This document shows, one piece after another, positions 41,714-52,746 of a stretch of 64,000 nucleotides of DNA. This DNA comes from an uncultured Bacillota bacterium (GTDB lineage: Bacteria; Bacillota; DTU025; MWDF01). The stretch lies in the NCBI GenBank assembly GCA_963823655.1, contig CAWGMK010000010.1, forward strand, positions 128,001 through 192,000, written 5' to 3'. Both the position numbers and the translations under genes were made by a program. The notes below the pieces were generated by a model. The model was not told the origin of the DNA and made no database searches. It saw only the letters and a program-made list of their open reading frames with translations. Within the stretch, counting starts at the first letter, position 1; each line of letters opens with the position of its first letter.

Positions 41714-42665
41714 TTGCGAAGATTCCACCTGCTGAAACTGCTAATGATTACAGCCCTCCTTCTAATGGTCCTGATAACCACGAATACTGCCGCCGCCAGC
41801 GGCACATGGACCGAATCGAAGATGCAATATGGCGGCTATGAGAGGGAATATGCCGTCTATGTCCCGTCGAACTGGGTTCGCGGAGGCCCCGTTTTCGTAT
41901 TCTTCCACGGCTTCACGCTCGGATATAAGGATTATAGGAAAGGCACCGGCATAATCGAGGCGGCAGACAAGTATGCCACCGCGCTGATAATGCCAAACGC
42001 CCTTCCTATTAAGCTGAAGAGGGCGCCCTGGCTTCTCAATCCCCGGGTCTGGGACATGGGGCAGGTCACCGACAGGAATGAGTTCATAGACGATGCAGCA
42101 TTCGTAGATCAGCTTATAAAGGACGTTTCGGCGCAGATAGGGGCAGACACCTCCCGCATCTTTCTGGGGGGCCATTCCAACGGAGCGTTCTTCGCCCATC
42201 ATATGGCCGGCAAATTTCCCGGCCGCTTCGCCGGCCTAACGTCAATAATGGGAAGGTACTACAAAGCGACCGTGCCCGAAATCCATTTACCCGCTGCCTA
42301 CAGTAATCATCAATGGACTACAGGATCCGATATTGCCCATAGACGGGACTACTGGCACCAAACCGCAGCAGAACGTCCCCGCCGCCCAGGAGAACATAGA
42401 TCTCTGGGCCTCGCTGATGGGCCTGGAAGCTGAACCTTTGAAATCGGACATCAAGGAGGGCGGCTACCAGCTAATCTATAAAGACGCGCTCGGCCGCTCA
42501 ATGCTGCTTGCAGTATATGTGGACAAGCAGGGACACTGGATACCTGGGGCAAAGCTTGCGGCCTTCCAATCGTTCTTCGGCGGGCCGATAAATATGAGCT
42601 ACGCAGCCTTCGACCGCGCCTGGGGGCTTCTGATCGGCTCGGGCCCGCAGGGGTTAAGCCTTTAG
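41714..42665 (+). CDS. secreted esterase, PHB-depolymerase/LpqC-like alpha/beta hydrolase (frameshift near 42290)
   Basis: Signal peptide; REYAVYVP, FFHG, DDAAFV, GHSNG nucleophile and GHWIPG motifs. Confidence 0.85.
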
Positions 42666-42763
42666 TGCTGGCGCCTGCTTGCCGGATCGCGGTCTTAAGT
42701 TGAGCGTCGCCAAAATTGACATAGCGGCCATGGATTGGTAAAATCAAATTTGCGTTAGAGCAT

Positions 42764-42838
42764 GCCGGTGTAGCTCAGTGGTAGAGCAGCGCATTCGTAA
42801 TGCGCGGGTCGCGGGTTCAACTCCCATCACCGGCTCCA
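42764..42838 (+). tRNA. tRNA-Thr(CGT)
   Basis: Acceptor GCCGGTG/CACCGGC; anticodon arm GCGCA-TTCGTAA-TGCGC; CCA end. Confidence 0.96.
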
Positions 42839-42911
42839 TATTGTTCATTTGCCGCGGCGGACTTCAATCCCTGCGGCTTTAACATTATCTAAGAGGCTAG
42901 GGGTGGCACAG

Positions 42912-43361
42912 ATGAGGCTGGACCTTCACGGCATGAGGACGCGCGATGCGATAGACCGCTTCATATACGAATATAACAGGACTGTGGGTGCAGGCGGCGA
43001 GAGGATGGAAGTCGTGCACGGTTACGGTTCATCAGGCGTGGGTGGGGACATCAAGGGCGCCCTTTGCGCCTTGCTTGATGCGCATGCCTCCAAGGTAAGG
43101 TATATTAAAGGTGAGTCACTGGGTAATAAAGGAATTACTGTAGTCATTCCAGATGGTGCGCTGCCTTCAAGGCAGTACGCCCTGGACCCGGTGGTTGGAA
43201 GCGCGCTTTCGATAAAGCCTGTTAGCGTAGCCGCAATAGAGCAGAAGCTGAGCGGGCTTGCGACCGCGGATGAGATCCAAAGAAGCCTTGCGGCGCTCGT
43301 TTCGAACGGGAAAGCCATAAAAGTGATACAGACCGGAAGGCTCTTATACGCGAAGAAATAG
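42912..43361 (+). CDS. Smr/MutS2 domain protein
   Basis: LDLHGM, VVHGYGSSG and GNKGITVV motifs. Confidence 0.88.
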   Translation: MRLDLHGMRTRDAIDRFIYEYNRTVGAGGERMEVVHGYGSSGVGGDIKGALCALLDAHASKVRYIKGESLGNKGITVVIPDGALPSRQYALDPVVGSALSIKPVSVAAIEQKLSGLATADEIQRSLAALVSNGKAIKVIQTGRLLYAKK

Positions 43362-43376
43362 GACGGGGGGATCAGT

Positions 43377-43763
43377 TTGGCAGATTTGGACGTGTATGAT
43401 TACACGCTGAAGATCGACAAAGCGGGGCTCGCCAGGATATACAACGAGGCGGGCGAGCTTGACAGGCCGGAAGAATCAGTCGGCTACTTGCTGGTAGGGA
43501 TTTTAAGCTGCATGGGGCTTACTTGTAGATCGATACTCGAGAAGATGAAGATCGAATACGGCAAGATCATCATGAACGGCAAGGTCCACATGGTAGATGA
43601 CAATATCAGGTACGGCAACAGGATAGAGTGCAAACTGAGCCTTGAGGGCGGTCCAGAGCTGGGCTTAGATGTTAAAGCAAGGATTGCGCAGCTTACGAAG
43701 AAGTACTGCACAGTCTCCGTTACTATAGACAGGCACCCAGAGATAACTCTGGTTATGGAATAA
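43377..43763 (+). CDS. OsmC family protein
   Basis: LLVGILSCMG...KYCTVSVTI two-Cys pattern. Confidence 0.8.
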   Translation: MADLDVYDYTLKIDKAGLARIYNEAGELDRPEESVGYLLVGILSCMGLTCRSILEKMKIEYGKIIMNGKVHMVDDNIRYGNRIECKLSLEGGPELGLDVKARIAQLTKKYCTVSVTIDRHPEITLVME

Positions 43764-43775
43764 GGTGATTGGGAC

Positions 43776-44399
43776 ATGACAAAACCTACAACGTTCCTGG
43801 TCAAGTTCAAGGACTATCTAATATCCGGGCTTCTGATAGTTGCCCCGATAGTCCTGACCATCTATGTACTGATATGGTCCTTCAACCTGCTAGACGGCAT
43901 ACTCGGCCCTCTCATCTATAACCTGCTCGGCCGCAGACTCCCCGGAATAGGCCTTATTGCAGGCATATTGATAACTCTTTTCGCGGGCTTTTTGACTCGC
44001 GGCTGGCTTGCCAAGAGGGTTATGAAATGGGCTGAGGCTACCGTATCCAGGCTGCCTTTGGTGAGGCCTCTCTACGGTACAATAAAGCAGCTTACCAGCG
44101 CCCTTCTGTCCGGCAGCGACAAGAACCTTTTCAAAAGGGTTGTGCTGCTGGAGTATCCAAGGAAGGGGCTATGGAGCATAGGTTTCGTAACATCGGAGGA
44201 AGATAGCGCCCTCAACCGCGAGCTTTCTGAGAAAGCCGGAAAGAAGCTGGTCTCGGTTTTCGTAGTATCATCTCCCAACCCGACGACTGGATGGCTGACC
44301 CTTGCCCCGGAAGAGGAACTAACGACTCTGAACATCAACGTCGAAGAGGCTCTTAAGCTGGTGGTATCAGGCGGCTATATCAAGCCCGAGGAGAAGTAG
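43776..44399 (+). CDS. DUF502 family membrane protein
   Basis: EYPRKG.WSIGFVT and SPNPTTGW motifs. Confidence 0.9.
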   Translation: MTKPTTFLVKFKDYLISGLLIVAPIVLTIYVLIWSFNLLDGILGPLIYNLLGRRLPGIGLIAGILITLFAGFLTRGWLAKRVMKWAEATVSRLPLVRPLYGTIKQLTSALLSGSDKNLFKRVVLLEYPRKGLWSIGFVTSEEDSALNRELSEKAGKKLVSVFVVSSPNPTTGWLTLAPEEELTTLNINVEEALKLVVSGGYIKPEEK

Positions 44400-44417
44400 C
44401 GAAAGCGGTAAAGAAAC

Positions 44418-44457
44418 AAGCGCCGCAGGTTGGATCCAATCCCGCCTGTGGCGCTTT
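44418..44457. terminator. bidirectional terminator
   Basis: AAGCGCCGCAGG...CCTGTGGCGCTT inverted repeat between convergent genes. Confidence 0.65.
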
Positions 44458-44479
44458 GCAATGATGTTGGCCTATAAGC

Positions 44480-45691
44480 CTATTCCTCGGGCGCCTCTCC
44501 CAGAGTCACCGAAATCTCCAGGGACTTGCCGTTTCTTATTACCGTTAACTTTACCTTGTCCCCGATTTCGTGCGCCCTTACTTCCTGTGACAGGTTGAAC
44601 TTTCCCTCTGCGGACTTGCCGTCGAATGATTTGATGACATCACCCTTTTTAAGCCCGGCCTTGGCGGCCGGCCCGCCTTCAGCGATGTCCGCCACATATA
44701 TCCCCGCGGTCTCTTCTATATCAAGCTCTGCGGCCGCGTCGGCGTTCAGGGCGTAATACCAGATGCCTATCCAGGGCCTAGCATATTTGCCCGTTGCTTT
44801 CAGCGACTGTATGGCGTCTTTCACCGAATCGATCGACACCGCGAAGCTGATTCCCTGCGCATATGGGATGATGGCCGTATTAATCCCGACTACCCTTCCT
44901 TCCATGTCAAGAAGGGGCCCGCCGCTGTTTCCGGAGTTGATCGCAGCGTCGGTCTGGATGAGCTCGGCCTGGGAAATATCCTCGGCGCCTTGCACGCTTG
45001 AAAGGTTCCTGTTTATCGCGCTGACTATTCCGGCGGTTACGGTATGGTCGAAGCCGTGGGGATTGCCGATGGCAACGACCCATTCGCCGGGTCTAAGATC
45101 GCTAGAATTTCCTAGCACTGCATACGGCAGCCCAGTCGCCTTGACCTTGATCACCGCTACATCGTATGCTGCGTAGCTTCCGACCAGCTCGGCATCAAGG
45201 GTCCTTCCGTCCAGCAGAGTTACTTTTATCTCGTCGACATCGCCGACAACGTGGTGATTGGTTACAATGTAGCCATCGGCAGACAGTATGAAGCCGGATC
45301 CGGATCCCTCTTCCTCATACTCGTAATCTCCGAAGTCCCTGAAGAAATCTCCGAGCGATCCCTGGCCGCCAATGGGCGACTGGGAGACTTTCTTGACTAC
45401 GTCGATCCTGACTACTGCAGGGCTGATCGCCTCGGCTATGTCGGCAATCGGAGGCAGCGCGGACAAGTAGTCCCCGCCCGTCGCCGGAAGGGCCGGCCCT
45501 GAAGCGGCTAATTCGTCATCCGAGCCCAACTCAAGCCCGTCTGTTTCGTTTTCATCGAGCGAATTATCTAATGTGCTCAGCTTTTCGGTTCTCTTATCCC
45601 ATCCGTCATAAAGGACCATTCCGACGGCAAGAAGACATGCAATGATTACGATAAACGATACGACTTTATAAGCTCCGCCTCTTTCGGACAT
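44480..45691 (-). CDS. htrA: HtrA/DegP serine protease with PDZ domain
   Basis: GSGF, TNHHVV, DVAV and TDAAINSGNSGGPL motifs; C-terminal PDZ domain. Confidence 0.95.
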   Translation of the reverse strand: MSERGGAYKVVSFIVIIACLLAVGMVLYDGWDKRTEKLSTLDNSLDENETDGLELGSDDELAASGPALPATGGDYLSALPPIADIAEAISPAVVRIDVVKKVSQSPIGGQGSLGDFFRDFGDYEYEEEGSGSGFILSADGYIVTNHHVVGDVDEIKVTLLDGRTLDAELVGSYAAYDVAVIKVKATGLPYAVLGNSSDLRPGEWVVAIGNPHGFDHTVTAGIVSAINRNLSSVQGAEDISQAELIQTDAAINSGNSGGPLLDMEGRVVGINTAIIPYAQGISFAVSIDSVKDAIQSLKATGKYARPWIGIWYYALNADAAAELDIEETAGIYVADIAEGGPAAKAGLKKGDVIKSFDGKSAEGKFNLSQEVRAHEIGDKVKLTVIRNGKSLEISVTLGEAPEE

Positions 45692-45714
45692 TCTATCACT
45701 CCCGTATTAATTGC

Positions 45715-46353
45715 TTACCAGTTGCCCCCGAACGAGGCATTGCTGGCAGTAGGCCTGGTACTATCGAAAGTCTGCACATATCTCGACAGCCTTGCATCCT
45801 CTATGTTCAGGCTCAGGTCCGATGTGGAAGCAGTAGCTCCCAGCGTAAGAGAGCCATAGGATGCGCCGCTGATGGTGGCCGTTTCCAGTTCGCCATAGCC
45901 GGCCGGGTTGAGGTCGGGAAGGATGACTTCAGCCGTGTCGTCAGACAGGCTCGTTATGGCATCCTTTGTTACTAGCCCCGCAATCGCTCCCCCGATATCC
46001 ACTTTAAATACGAACTGGAGCACGGGAAGGGCGACCAGCGTCCCAACCAGGGCCGCGGGCAGCAGCGCCCTTCCAAGGAATGAGAACAGGCCGAAATGCC
46101 TCTCGTTGGCATACGATGCGGCCGCTTCCACTTCCAGGGCCCTTGCCCTGATAATCCCCATATCGAACAGGCCTTCCGGCACTTCGGCGGGTTCAAGTTC
46201 CTCTAAGGCCGACTTGATCCTCTCGAACTCGTCAAGAAGCCTTGCGCATTCGGCGCACCCGATTATGTGCCGCTTTACCATAGCGGATTCCTCAGGCGAC
46301 AGCTCCCTGTCAAGATAGGCCGACAACAGCCTCTCATACTTGCTGCAAGTCAT
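45715..46353 (-). CDS. zinc-finger (zf-HC2) anti-sigma factor
   Basis: MTC...LSAYLDREL...HIIGCAEC followed by a TM helix. Confidence 0.92.
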   Translation of the reverse strand: MTCSKYERLLSAYLDRELSPEESAMVKRHIIGCAECARLLDEFERIKSALEELEPAEVPEGLFDMGIIRARALEVEAAASYANERHFGLFSFLGRALLPAALVGTLVALPVLQFVFKVDIGGAIAGLVTKDAITSLSDDTAEVILPDLNPAGYGELETATISGASYGSLTLGATASTSDLSLNIEDARLSRYVQTFDSTRPTASNASFGGNW

Positions 46354-46956
46354 CTAATTGTTCCTCCTTTGGGCGTCGAAATGAGGCGAAAGGGCCTCTC
46401 TTAAGGCCTTCCTCGCCCTGTGCAGCCTGCTGCGCACGGTTCCGATGGAGGTGTTCATGATGCCTGCTATCTCCTCATAGGAGAAGCCTTCGATGTCGCA
46501 GAGTATGACCACCATCCTGAATTCCGGCTGCAGTGCGTTCAGGGCTGCCGACACCCTGCTGTCCATCGCGTTCTTGTTCAGAACAAGATAGGGATCCGCC
46601 TCATAATCGGGCAGTTCCCTTTGCATGCTTCCCTCTTCGGTGCGCACGGGGGCGTCGTAAGACTCAGTCTCCGGGCGCCTTTTCCTCTTCCTCACTTCGT
46701 CAATAAACAGGTTCGTGACTATCCTGTAGAGCCACTTGTCGAAGGCCGTATCCTTCTTGTAGCTGTCAAATGACCTGTAAGCCCTCACGAACGCGTCCTG
46801 TGCCAGGTCCTTCGCGTCTTCGTGGTTGCCCGTCATCCTGAGCGCCGCATTATAAACCGAGCCCTGGTGCTTGCGCATCAGGCCTTCGAATTCTTCGGTC
46901 CTGGACATCCCGCCGGCGGTCGTCACAAATGTGCGCTCGGCAAGAAGCTGCAACAT
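46354..46956 (-). CDS. ECF RNA polymerase sigma factor
   Basis: DAKDLAQDAF, WLYRI..N and SYEEIA...GTVRSRLHRAR motifs. Confidence 0.95.
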   Translation of the reverse strand: MLQLLAERTFVTTAGGMSRTEEFEGLMRKHQGSVYNAALRMTGNHEDAKDLAQDAFVRAYRSFDSYKKDTAFDKWLYRIVTNLFIDEVRKRKRRPETESYDAPVRTEEGSMQRELPDYEADPYLVLNKNAMDSRVSAALNALQPEFRMVVILCDIEGFSYEEIAGIMNTSIGTVRSRLHRARKALREALSPHFDAQRRNN

Positions 46957-47021
46957 ACCTTTTCCTCCAGTACTTGGCACCTCGCGCCAAAATTGACTAG
47001 AAACATCGTTCAGTTCAAAAT

Positions 47022-47047
47022 AACGATAGGAATATGCGGGTTGTTCC
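47022..47047 (-). promoter_or_regulatory. putative autoregulatory ECF sigma promoter
   Basis: GGAAC-N17-CGTT on the minus strand upstream of the sigma gene. Confidence 0.55.
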
Positions 47048-47105
47048 CGTATTCCTATTAGTAATTATAACCTACAGGGCCGCGGCTCAGAACGGCAGGT
47101 GGAAT

Positions 47106-48410
47106 GTGACGCCTTCAAAGAACGCAATCGAAAGGCTCCCGGCGCTCGGCGCCCTGCCTGAAAGGGTTAGGAAGGTGCTGTCCTCGCTTCAAGGCGACGG
47201 AAACGTTGCCTACATAGTCGGCGGCGCCATAAGGGACATTTTTTTGAAAGGCTCGACCGATGACTGGGACATCGCAACTTCCGCAAGGCCCGAGCGCGTT
47301 AAAGAACTGTTCCCTCATAATGCACCCGCTTGGCGAGCGCCACGGCTCCATTATGGCAATATTCGAGGACGGGAACGTGGACATAACCACTTTCAGGACC
47401 GAGGCGGGCTACAGCGACTCCAGAAGGCCGGATGCGGTCAGCTTCGTGGGCGACATCGAAGAGGACCTTTCAAGGAGAGATTTCACGATAAACGCCATGG
47501 CTTGGGATCCTTCAGGCAACCGCCTTTTAGACCCGTTCGACGGTCTTGACGATCTGCGCGCCGGGATCATACGGACCGTAGGGGACCCCCTTCTGAGGTT
47601 CTCTGAGGATGCGCTCCGCATGATTAGGGCGCTGAGGTTCGCATCCCTGCTTTGCTTCGAAATCCATTCCGACACTGAAGCTGCGATAGGAAGGCTCTCA
47701 GGAACCATTGGCAAGGTATCTGCCGAAAGGAAGGCAGTAGAACTGGGGCGAATGCTGTCGGGGCTATGTGCGCCCAAGGCCCTGGCACTTTTCATACGGC
47801 TCGGGCTTGCCTCAAGCCAATTTCCGACCCTGGACGGAAACGGGATGTTGAAAGCAGCAGAGCATATTGGAGAGCTATCGCAGAAGCCCCTTCTGCGCCT
47901 GACGGCGTTTCTGGCCTGCGGGGACAAGCTTGGCCCGCAAAGGGTGGATGAGAATATAAGGTCCAGGTTCGATGAGCTGAAGATGCCGAGGCTCGCCAAA
48001 ATACATGCGGCGAAGCTGGCGGAATCTTTGTACGAGGGATACGCCCTTGCCGACGGGCCGTCGATCAGGAAATGGGCCGCCCTTCTGGGCTGGGATGCCT
48101 TGGAAGAGGGATTGGAGCTTAGATCCTGGTATGACAGATTCATAAGGCTCAAGAAGGATTGGAAGGATGACGTCGAAAGAGTGAAAGGGGTGCTTGCGGT
48201 AAAGCCCCCTCTTACAAAAGACGAGATGAAGATCAGCGGCTCCGATATAGTAAGCCTTCTGGGCGGCAAGACCGGACCGATGGTGAAAGCGCTTATGAAC
48301 AGGCTGTATCTGGACGTGCTGGATTCCCCGAGCTCAACGACAAAGAGAAGCTGATGTTATTGGCTTTGATGTATCTAAAAGGTGATGAAGGCGGAGGTGT
48401 CAGACAATGA
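47106..48410 (+). CDS. cca: CCA tRNA nucleotidyltransferase (frameshifts near 47325 and 48330)
   Basis: VGGAIRD, DWDIAT, DLSRRDFTINAMA and RFSEDALRMIRALRF motifs. Confidence 0.92.
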
Positions 48411-49552
48411 GGATCGTACTAGCCCCCGATTCCTTTAAAGGCTGCCTAACGGCCGTGCAGGTCTGCAATGCTCTGGAAAGCGGCATTAAGAGATCCTTTC
48501 CGGACGCCGAGATAGTTAAGGTGCCCATGGCCGACGGCGGCGAGGGTACGGTCCAATCGCTGGTAGACGCATCAGACGGCAGGATAGTGGAGGCTATGGT
48601 CACCGACCCGCTCGGAAGGAAGATCAAATCCTTTTTCGGCATAATGGGAGGGGGCAGGACGGCTGTAATAGAGATGGCCGCGGCATCCGGCCTTCCACTT
48701 CTGAGGCTGGGCGAGCGCAACCCCCGCATGACTACAACAAGGGGCACAGGGGATCTTGTACTTGCGGCACTCAACGAGGGTTGCCACAAGATCATAATGG
48801 GCATAGGCGGTTCAGCCACGAACGACGGGGGAAGGGGCATGGCCGAGGCACTGGGCGTGCGTTTCCTCGGGAAGGACGGCAAAACTCTTGAGACTCCCGG
48901 CGGCGGCGCGCTGCACGATTTGGACAGGATAGACGTAAGCGGCATGGACCCGAGGGTCAAGGACACGGAGTTCACGGTCGCCTGCGACGTCGACAATCCT
49001 CTAACAGGCCCGAAAGGGGCTGCTGCCGTTTACGGCCCGCAGAAGGGGGCGAACCCGGCTGATGTCGAGTTCCTGGATGCGGCTCTCGTGAGGTACGCTA
49101 AAATCATAGAAGCCCAGCTTGGAAAGAACATTAAGGACATTCCTGGGGCGGGTGCCGCAGGAGGCCTGGGCGCCGGCCTTATGACGTTCTGCGATGCCAC
49201 ATTGAAGCGCGGCGTGGAGATCGTTGTGGAGGCGACCCACCTGGTCGAGAAGTGCAAGGGTGCTGACCTGGTTATAAGCGGCGAGGGGAGGACGGACTTC
49301 CAGACGAAGTTCGGGAAGACCCCCATGGGAGTCGCAAAGGCGGCCAAGGTTCACGGAATTCCTGTTATACTAATCAGCGGCGGACTTGCCTCGGGTGCCA
49401 GGGACCTGTATGAGGTAGGGGTTGACGCGTTGTTCGGGATACCGAACATGCCCATGCCGCTTGAGACATCGCTGAAAGAGGCGCCGGCGCTTCTTGCCGA
49501 AGCCGCGGAGAACGTACTTAGGACTTTCGCCGCTGGTAGAGGCTTGGAGTAA
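48407..49552 (+). CDS. glxK: glycerate kinase
   Basis: APDSFKG, MADGGEGT, GGSATNDGG, YGPQKGA and GAAGGLG motifs. Confidence 0.96.
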   Translation: MRIVLAPDSFKGCLTAVQVCNALESGIKRSFPDAEIVKVPMADGGEGTVQSLVDASDGRIVEAMVTDPLGRKIKSFFGIMGGGRTAVIEMAAASGLPLLRLGERNPRMTTTRGTGDLVLAALNEGCHKIIMGIGGSATNDGGRGMAEALGVRFLGKDGKTLETPGGGALHDLDRIDVSGMDPRVKDTEFTVACDVDNPLTGPKGAAAVYGPQKGANPADVEFLDAALVRYAKIIEAQLGKNIKDIPGAGAAGGLGAGLMTFCDATLKRGVEIVVEATHLVEKCKGADLVISGEGRTDFQTKFGKTPMGVAKAAKVHGIPVILISGGLASGARDLYEVGVDALFGIPNMPMPLETSLKEAPALLAEAAENVLRTFAAGRGLE

Positions 49553-49591
49553 CCGAACGGGTCCGGATTCTCGGGCCCTTGGAGGAATTTT

Positions 49592-51022
49592 ATGGCGACC
49601 GAGAGACAGAAAGAAATCCTGCGCTCCTTCGAAGGGGCCCGCGTAGCCGTAACGGGCTTGGCGCGCACCAGCGTGCCCCTGGTAAGGGTGCTTTCGCGCG
49701 CAGGCGCGAGGATAACCGTATTCGACAAGAAGCCGGCAGAGGCGCTAAAACCCCAGACTGACCAGCTTGCCGGCTATGTATATGAGCTGAGGGCCGGTTC
49801 TGATTCCTTTGAGGGCATAGACTGCTATGACTATGTTTTCCCATCGCCCGGCATCAACCCCGACAGGCCGGATTTCCTTGCGGCAAGGGACGCCGGAGTG
49901 AAGTTCAGGTATGAGATCGAACTTACGATGCAGCTTGCCGAGTGCACTGTCATCGGAATCACAGGAAGCTCCGGTAAGACCACCACTACAACCCTGACCG
50001 GCCTTATCATGGAGAGGGCCTGCAAAAGGCTAGGCAAGGGGAAAGTGCTAGTCGGAGGCAATATAGGGCAGCCGCTGGTTGAAGCGGTCCTGGATGCAGG
50101 CAAAGACGATTTCATCGTGCTGGAGATGTCCAGCTTCCAGCTCAAGTTCCTGAAGACCAGCCCGGACATAGCCGCGGTGCTCAACATTACGCCAAACCAT
50201 CTGGACGTGCATCCAAGCATGGAGGACTATGTGGCCTCGAAGGCAAATATCCTCGCGTACCAGGGAAAAGAAGCGGTTGCGGTTTTGGGCGCCGATGATG
50301 TGGCGGCCTCTTCGCTCGAGGCTGTGGCCAAGGGCAGGAAGCTCTGGTTCTCGGCGGCGGGCGAAGTGAAAGCAGGAGCCTTCCTCAGGGGCGATGAGCT
50401 GGTACTTCGCCAGAGAGGCAAGGACGATGTCGCGGCCCTTACCAGAGATGACGTCCATTTGCCCGGGATGCACAATGTGCTCAACGTGCTGGCCGCCATG
50501 GCAGTATGCGGCGCGGCAGGCGCACAAGCGTCCGATATGAAAGAGGCAGTCGATGGTTTCCGCGGGGTAGAGCACAGGCTCGAGACTGCGGCGGAGGGCG
50601 GCGGCGTAGTCTACATCAATGATTCGATCGCCACTAGCCCGACAAGGACAATAGCTGCTCTGAAAGCTATGGAGGCGCCAGTGGTGCTTATTGCCGGAGG
50701 GTATGACAAGCACCTCCCCTTCGACGAGATGGCTGAAGTGGCGGTGGGCAAGGTAAGGCATATAGTGACGCTGGGCGTCACGGCAGAGAAGATCGAGGCG
50801 GCCTTCATGGCGGCGTATGCGAAAGCAGGGAAGGGCATACCGCCTATGGAGCGCGCATCAAGCTTCGACGAGGCTGTCTATGCCGCGGCACGAGCCGCCA
50901 AACCCGGAGACATAGTGCTCATGTCGCCTGCGTGCGCAAGCTACGATATGTTCAATAACTTCGAAGAGCGCGGAAGGCGCTTCAAGGAACTTGCAAGGCA
51001 AATCACATCCGGTGGGAGGTAG
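49592..51022 (+). CDS. murD: UDP-N-acetylmuramoyl-L-alanine--D-glutamate ligase
   Basis: [28 protein letters not shown] and [10 protein letters not shown] motifs. Confidence 0.96.
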   Translation: MATERQKEILRSFEGARVAVTGLARTSVPLVRVLSRAGARITVFDKKPAEALKPQTDQLAGYVYELRAGSDSFEGIDCYDYVFPSPGINPDRPDFLAARDAGVKFRYEIELTMQLAECTVIGITGSSGKTTTTTLTGLIMERACKRLGKGKVLVGGNIGQPLVEAVLDAGKDDFIVLEMSSFQLKFLKTSPDIAAVLNITPNHLDVHPSMEDYVASKANILAYQGKEAVAVLGADDVAASSLEAVAKGRKLWFSAAGEVKAGAFLRGDELVLRQRGKDDVAALTRDDVHLPGMHNVLNVLAAMAVCGAAGAQASDMKEAVDGFRGVEHRLETAAEGGGVVYINDSIATSPTRTIAALKAMEAPVVLIAGGYDKHLPFDEMAEVAVGKVRHIVTLGVTAEKIEAAFMAAYAKAGKGIPPMERASSFDEAVYAAARAAKPGDIVLMSPACASYDMFNNFEERGRRFKELARQITSGGR

Positions 51023-51026
51023 ACAT

Positions 51027-51887
51027 ATGTCAGCAATCGTAATCGATGGCAAGGCCGTAGCGGCGGAGATCAGGGAAGGTTTGAAACTGGAAGTGGAGGC
51101 TTTCAAAGCCGAGTTCGGGCGCGAACCGGGGTTGGCGGTAGTCATCGTAGGAGATGACCCTGCCAGCAGGACCTATGTGAACAACAAGAAGAAGGGGTGC
51201 GCAGAGCTTGGCATGTATTCCGAGGAATACGCCCTGCCCGAGTCCACGACGCAAGCGGAGCTTGTGGAGCTCGTAAAGAAGCTCAACTGCGACCCGAAGA
51301 TAGACGGCATACTGGTGCAGCTGCCCGTACCCAAGCATATGGACGCCGATGCTGTAATCAGCACAATCGATCCCAAGAAGGACGTCGACGGCTTCCATCC
51401 GGTGAGCGTAGGCAACCTTTTCATAGGAAGGCCGTGCCTTAAGTCCTGCACGCCGGCTGGTATCATGGAGCTTATTAAAAGGAGCGGAATAGACCTTACT
51501 GGAAAGCATGCCGTGGTTGTGGGCAGGAGCAATATCGTTGGCAAACCCGTTTCCATACTGCTTCTTGAGAAGCACGCCACAGTAACGATATGCCATTCCA
51601 GGACGAAGGACCTGGGGGCGGTCTGCCGCACGGCGGATGTGCTGGTAGCAGCCGTCGGCAAGGCGAAGCTAATAAAGGGCGACTGGATCAAGCCGGGGGC
51701 GGTCGTAATCGATGTGGGCACCAACAAAGTCGAAGGCTCCAAGAAGCTTGTCGGTGACGTCGATTTCGACGAGGCCGTTGAAGTAGCCGGATGGATTACC
51801 CCGGTTCCGGGCGGAGTGGGACCCATGACGATAACCATGCTGATGAGCAATACGCTAAAAGCCGCAAGGGCGATAATGGCGAGGTAG
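51027..51887 (+). CDS. folD: methylenetetrahydrofolate dehydrogenase/cyclohydrolase
   Basis: [17 protein letters not shown] and [10 protein letters not shown] motifs. Confidence 0.97.
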   Translation: MSAIVIDGKAVAAEIREGLKLEVEAFKAEFGREPGLAVVIVGDDPASRTYVNNKKKGCAELGMYSEEYALPESTTQAELVELVKKLNCDPKIDGILVQLPVPKHMDADAVISTIDPKKDVDGFHPVSVGNLFIGRPCLKSCTPAGIMELIKRSGIDLTGKHAVVVGRSNIVGKPVSILLLEKHATVTICHSRTKDLGAVCRTADVLVAAVGKAKLIKGDWIKPGAVVIDVGTNKVEGSKKLVGDVDFDEAVEVAGWITPVPGGVGPMTITMLMSNTLKAARAIMAR

Positions 51888-51889
51888 CT

Positions 51890-52612
51890 ATGATGGCTCA
51901 TGGCATGAAGGCCTGCCTGGCAGAAATATTGAAAGAGGAGCCCATAGTCAACTATGGGTTCCTCAAATATCTGGACAAGTACGAGATAAAAAGGTCCGCT
52001 ACATGCGGTTCGTCCTGCGCTGCGGCCTTCAGCTTTGATGGCGAGATCTTCGGTGCGCTCTACTCGAGGGACGAGGCAGAGGCGAAGCAGCTCTCCCACA
52101 TATTCGACGGTATAACAGGCATTGCGATAGAGCCTGCTTTCCCCTGGAGCCCGAAGGCAATCCTGGGAGACAGGGAACCGAAAGGGATGCTCAATGCCGC
52201 CATGCTCTACCTGCCGGATGGAGTAATAGTGCCGGAGGCGTCGTCTGATCCGGTTGTGATAGGTGTCGAGCATACGGAGACGGTATGGAAGAACTACAAA
52301 AGGGCCGAGCACGTTGACATAGCATATATCAGGGAGAGACTAGCTGAAGGGCCCGCAGTCGGCATCTTCAGGGACGGCAATCTGGTCGGCTGGGCTTTGA
52401 CGCACGACGATATGGCCATGGGAATGCTCACTGTGCTGCCGGAGTACAGGAGGCAGGGCATAGCACTCGATATTACGCTTGCCCTTATTGCCCGCATGCG
52501 TGAGTTGGGGGAGGTCCCGATTGTCCACATCTCGAAGGACAACACCATGTCGATGCCGCTTGTAAAGAAGCTCGGCTTCGTAGAGATCTGCGACGTCATG
52601 TTCCTAGAATAG
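51890..52612 (+). CDS. GNAT family acetyltransferase
   Basis: LTVLPEYRRQGIA and N..S..L..KLGF motifs. Confidence 0.88.
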   Translation: MMAHGMKACLAEILKEEPIVNYGFLKYLDKYEIKRSATCGSSCAAAFSFDGEIFGALYSRDEAEAKQLSHIFDGITGIAIEPAFPWSPKAILGDREPKGMLNAAMLYLPDGVIVPEASSDPVVIGVEHTETVWKNYKRAEHVDIAYIRERLAEGPAVGIFRDGNLVGWALTHDDMAMGMLTVLPEYRRQGIALDITLALIARMRELGEVPIVHISKDNTMSMPLVKKLGFVEICDVMFLE

Positions 52613-52746
52613 CTTCAGACAGGCCAGCTTTATTGCGCAATATGTTTCTGTTTTAAATAATCACGCCGATATTTCCCGCGTTGAAGGAATTCGAATCCTG
52701 ATATTGAAAGAGTAAACATCCTCGAAAGATTATTGGGGGTGTTCTC

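Noticed and set aside
51173-52312. Long antisense ORFs (also 36925..37920, 47409..48269, 58800..59780, 62447..63340)
   Set aside because: They lie opposite well-supported genes and are typical shadows in GC-rich coding sequence.
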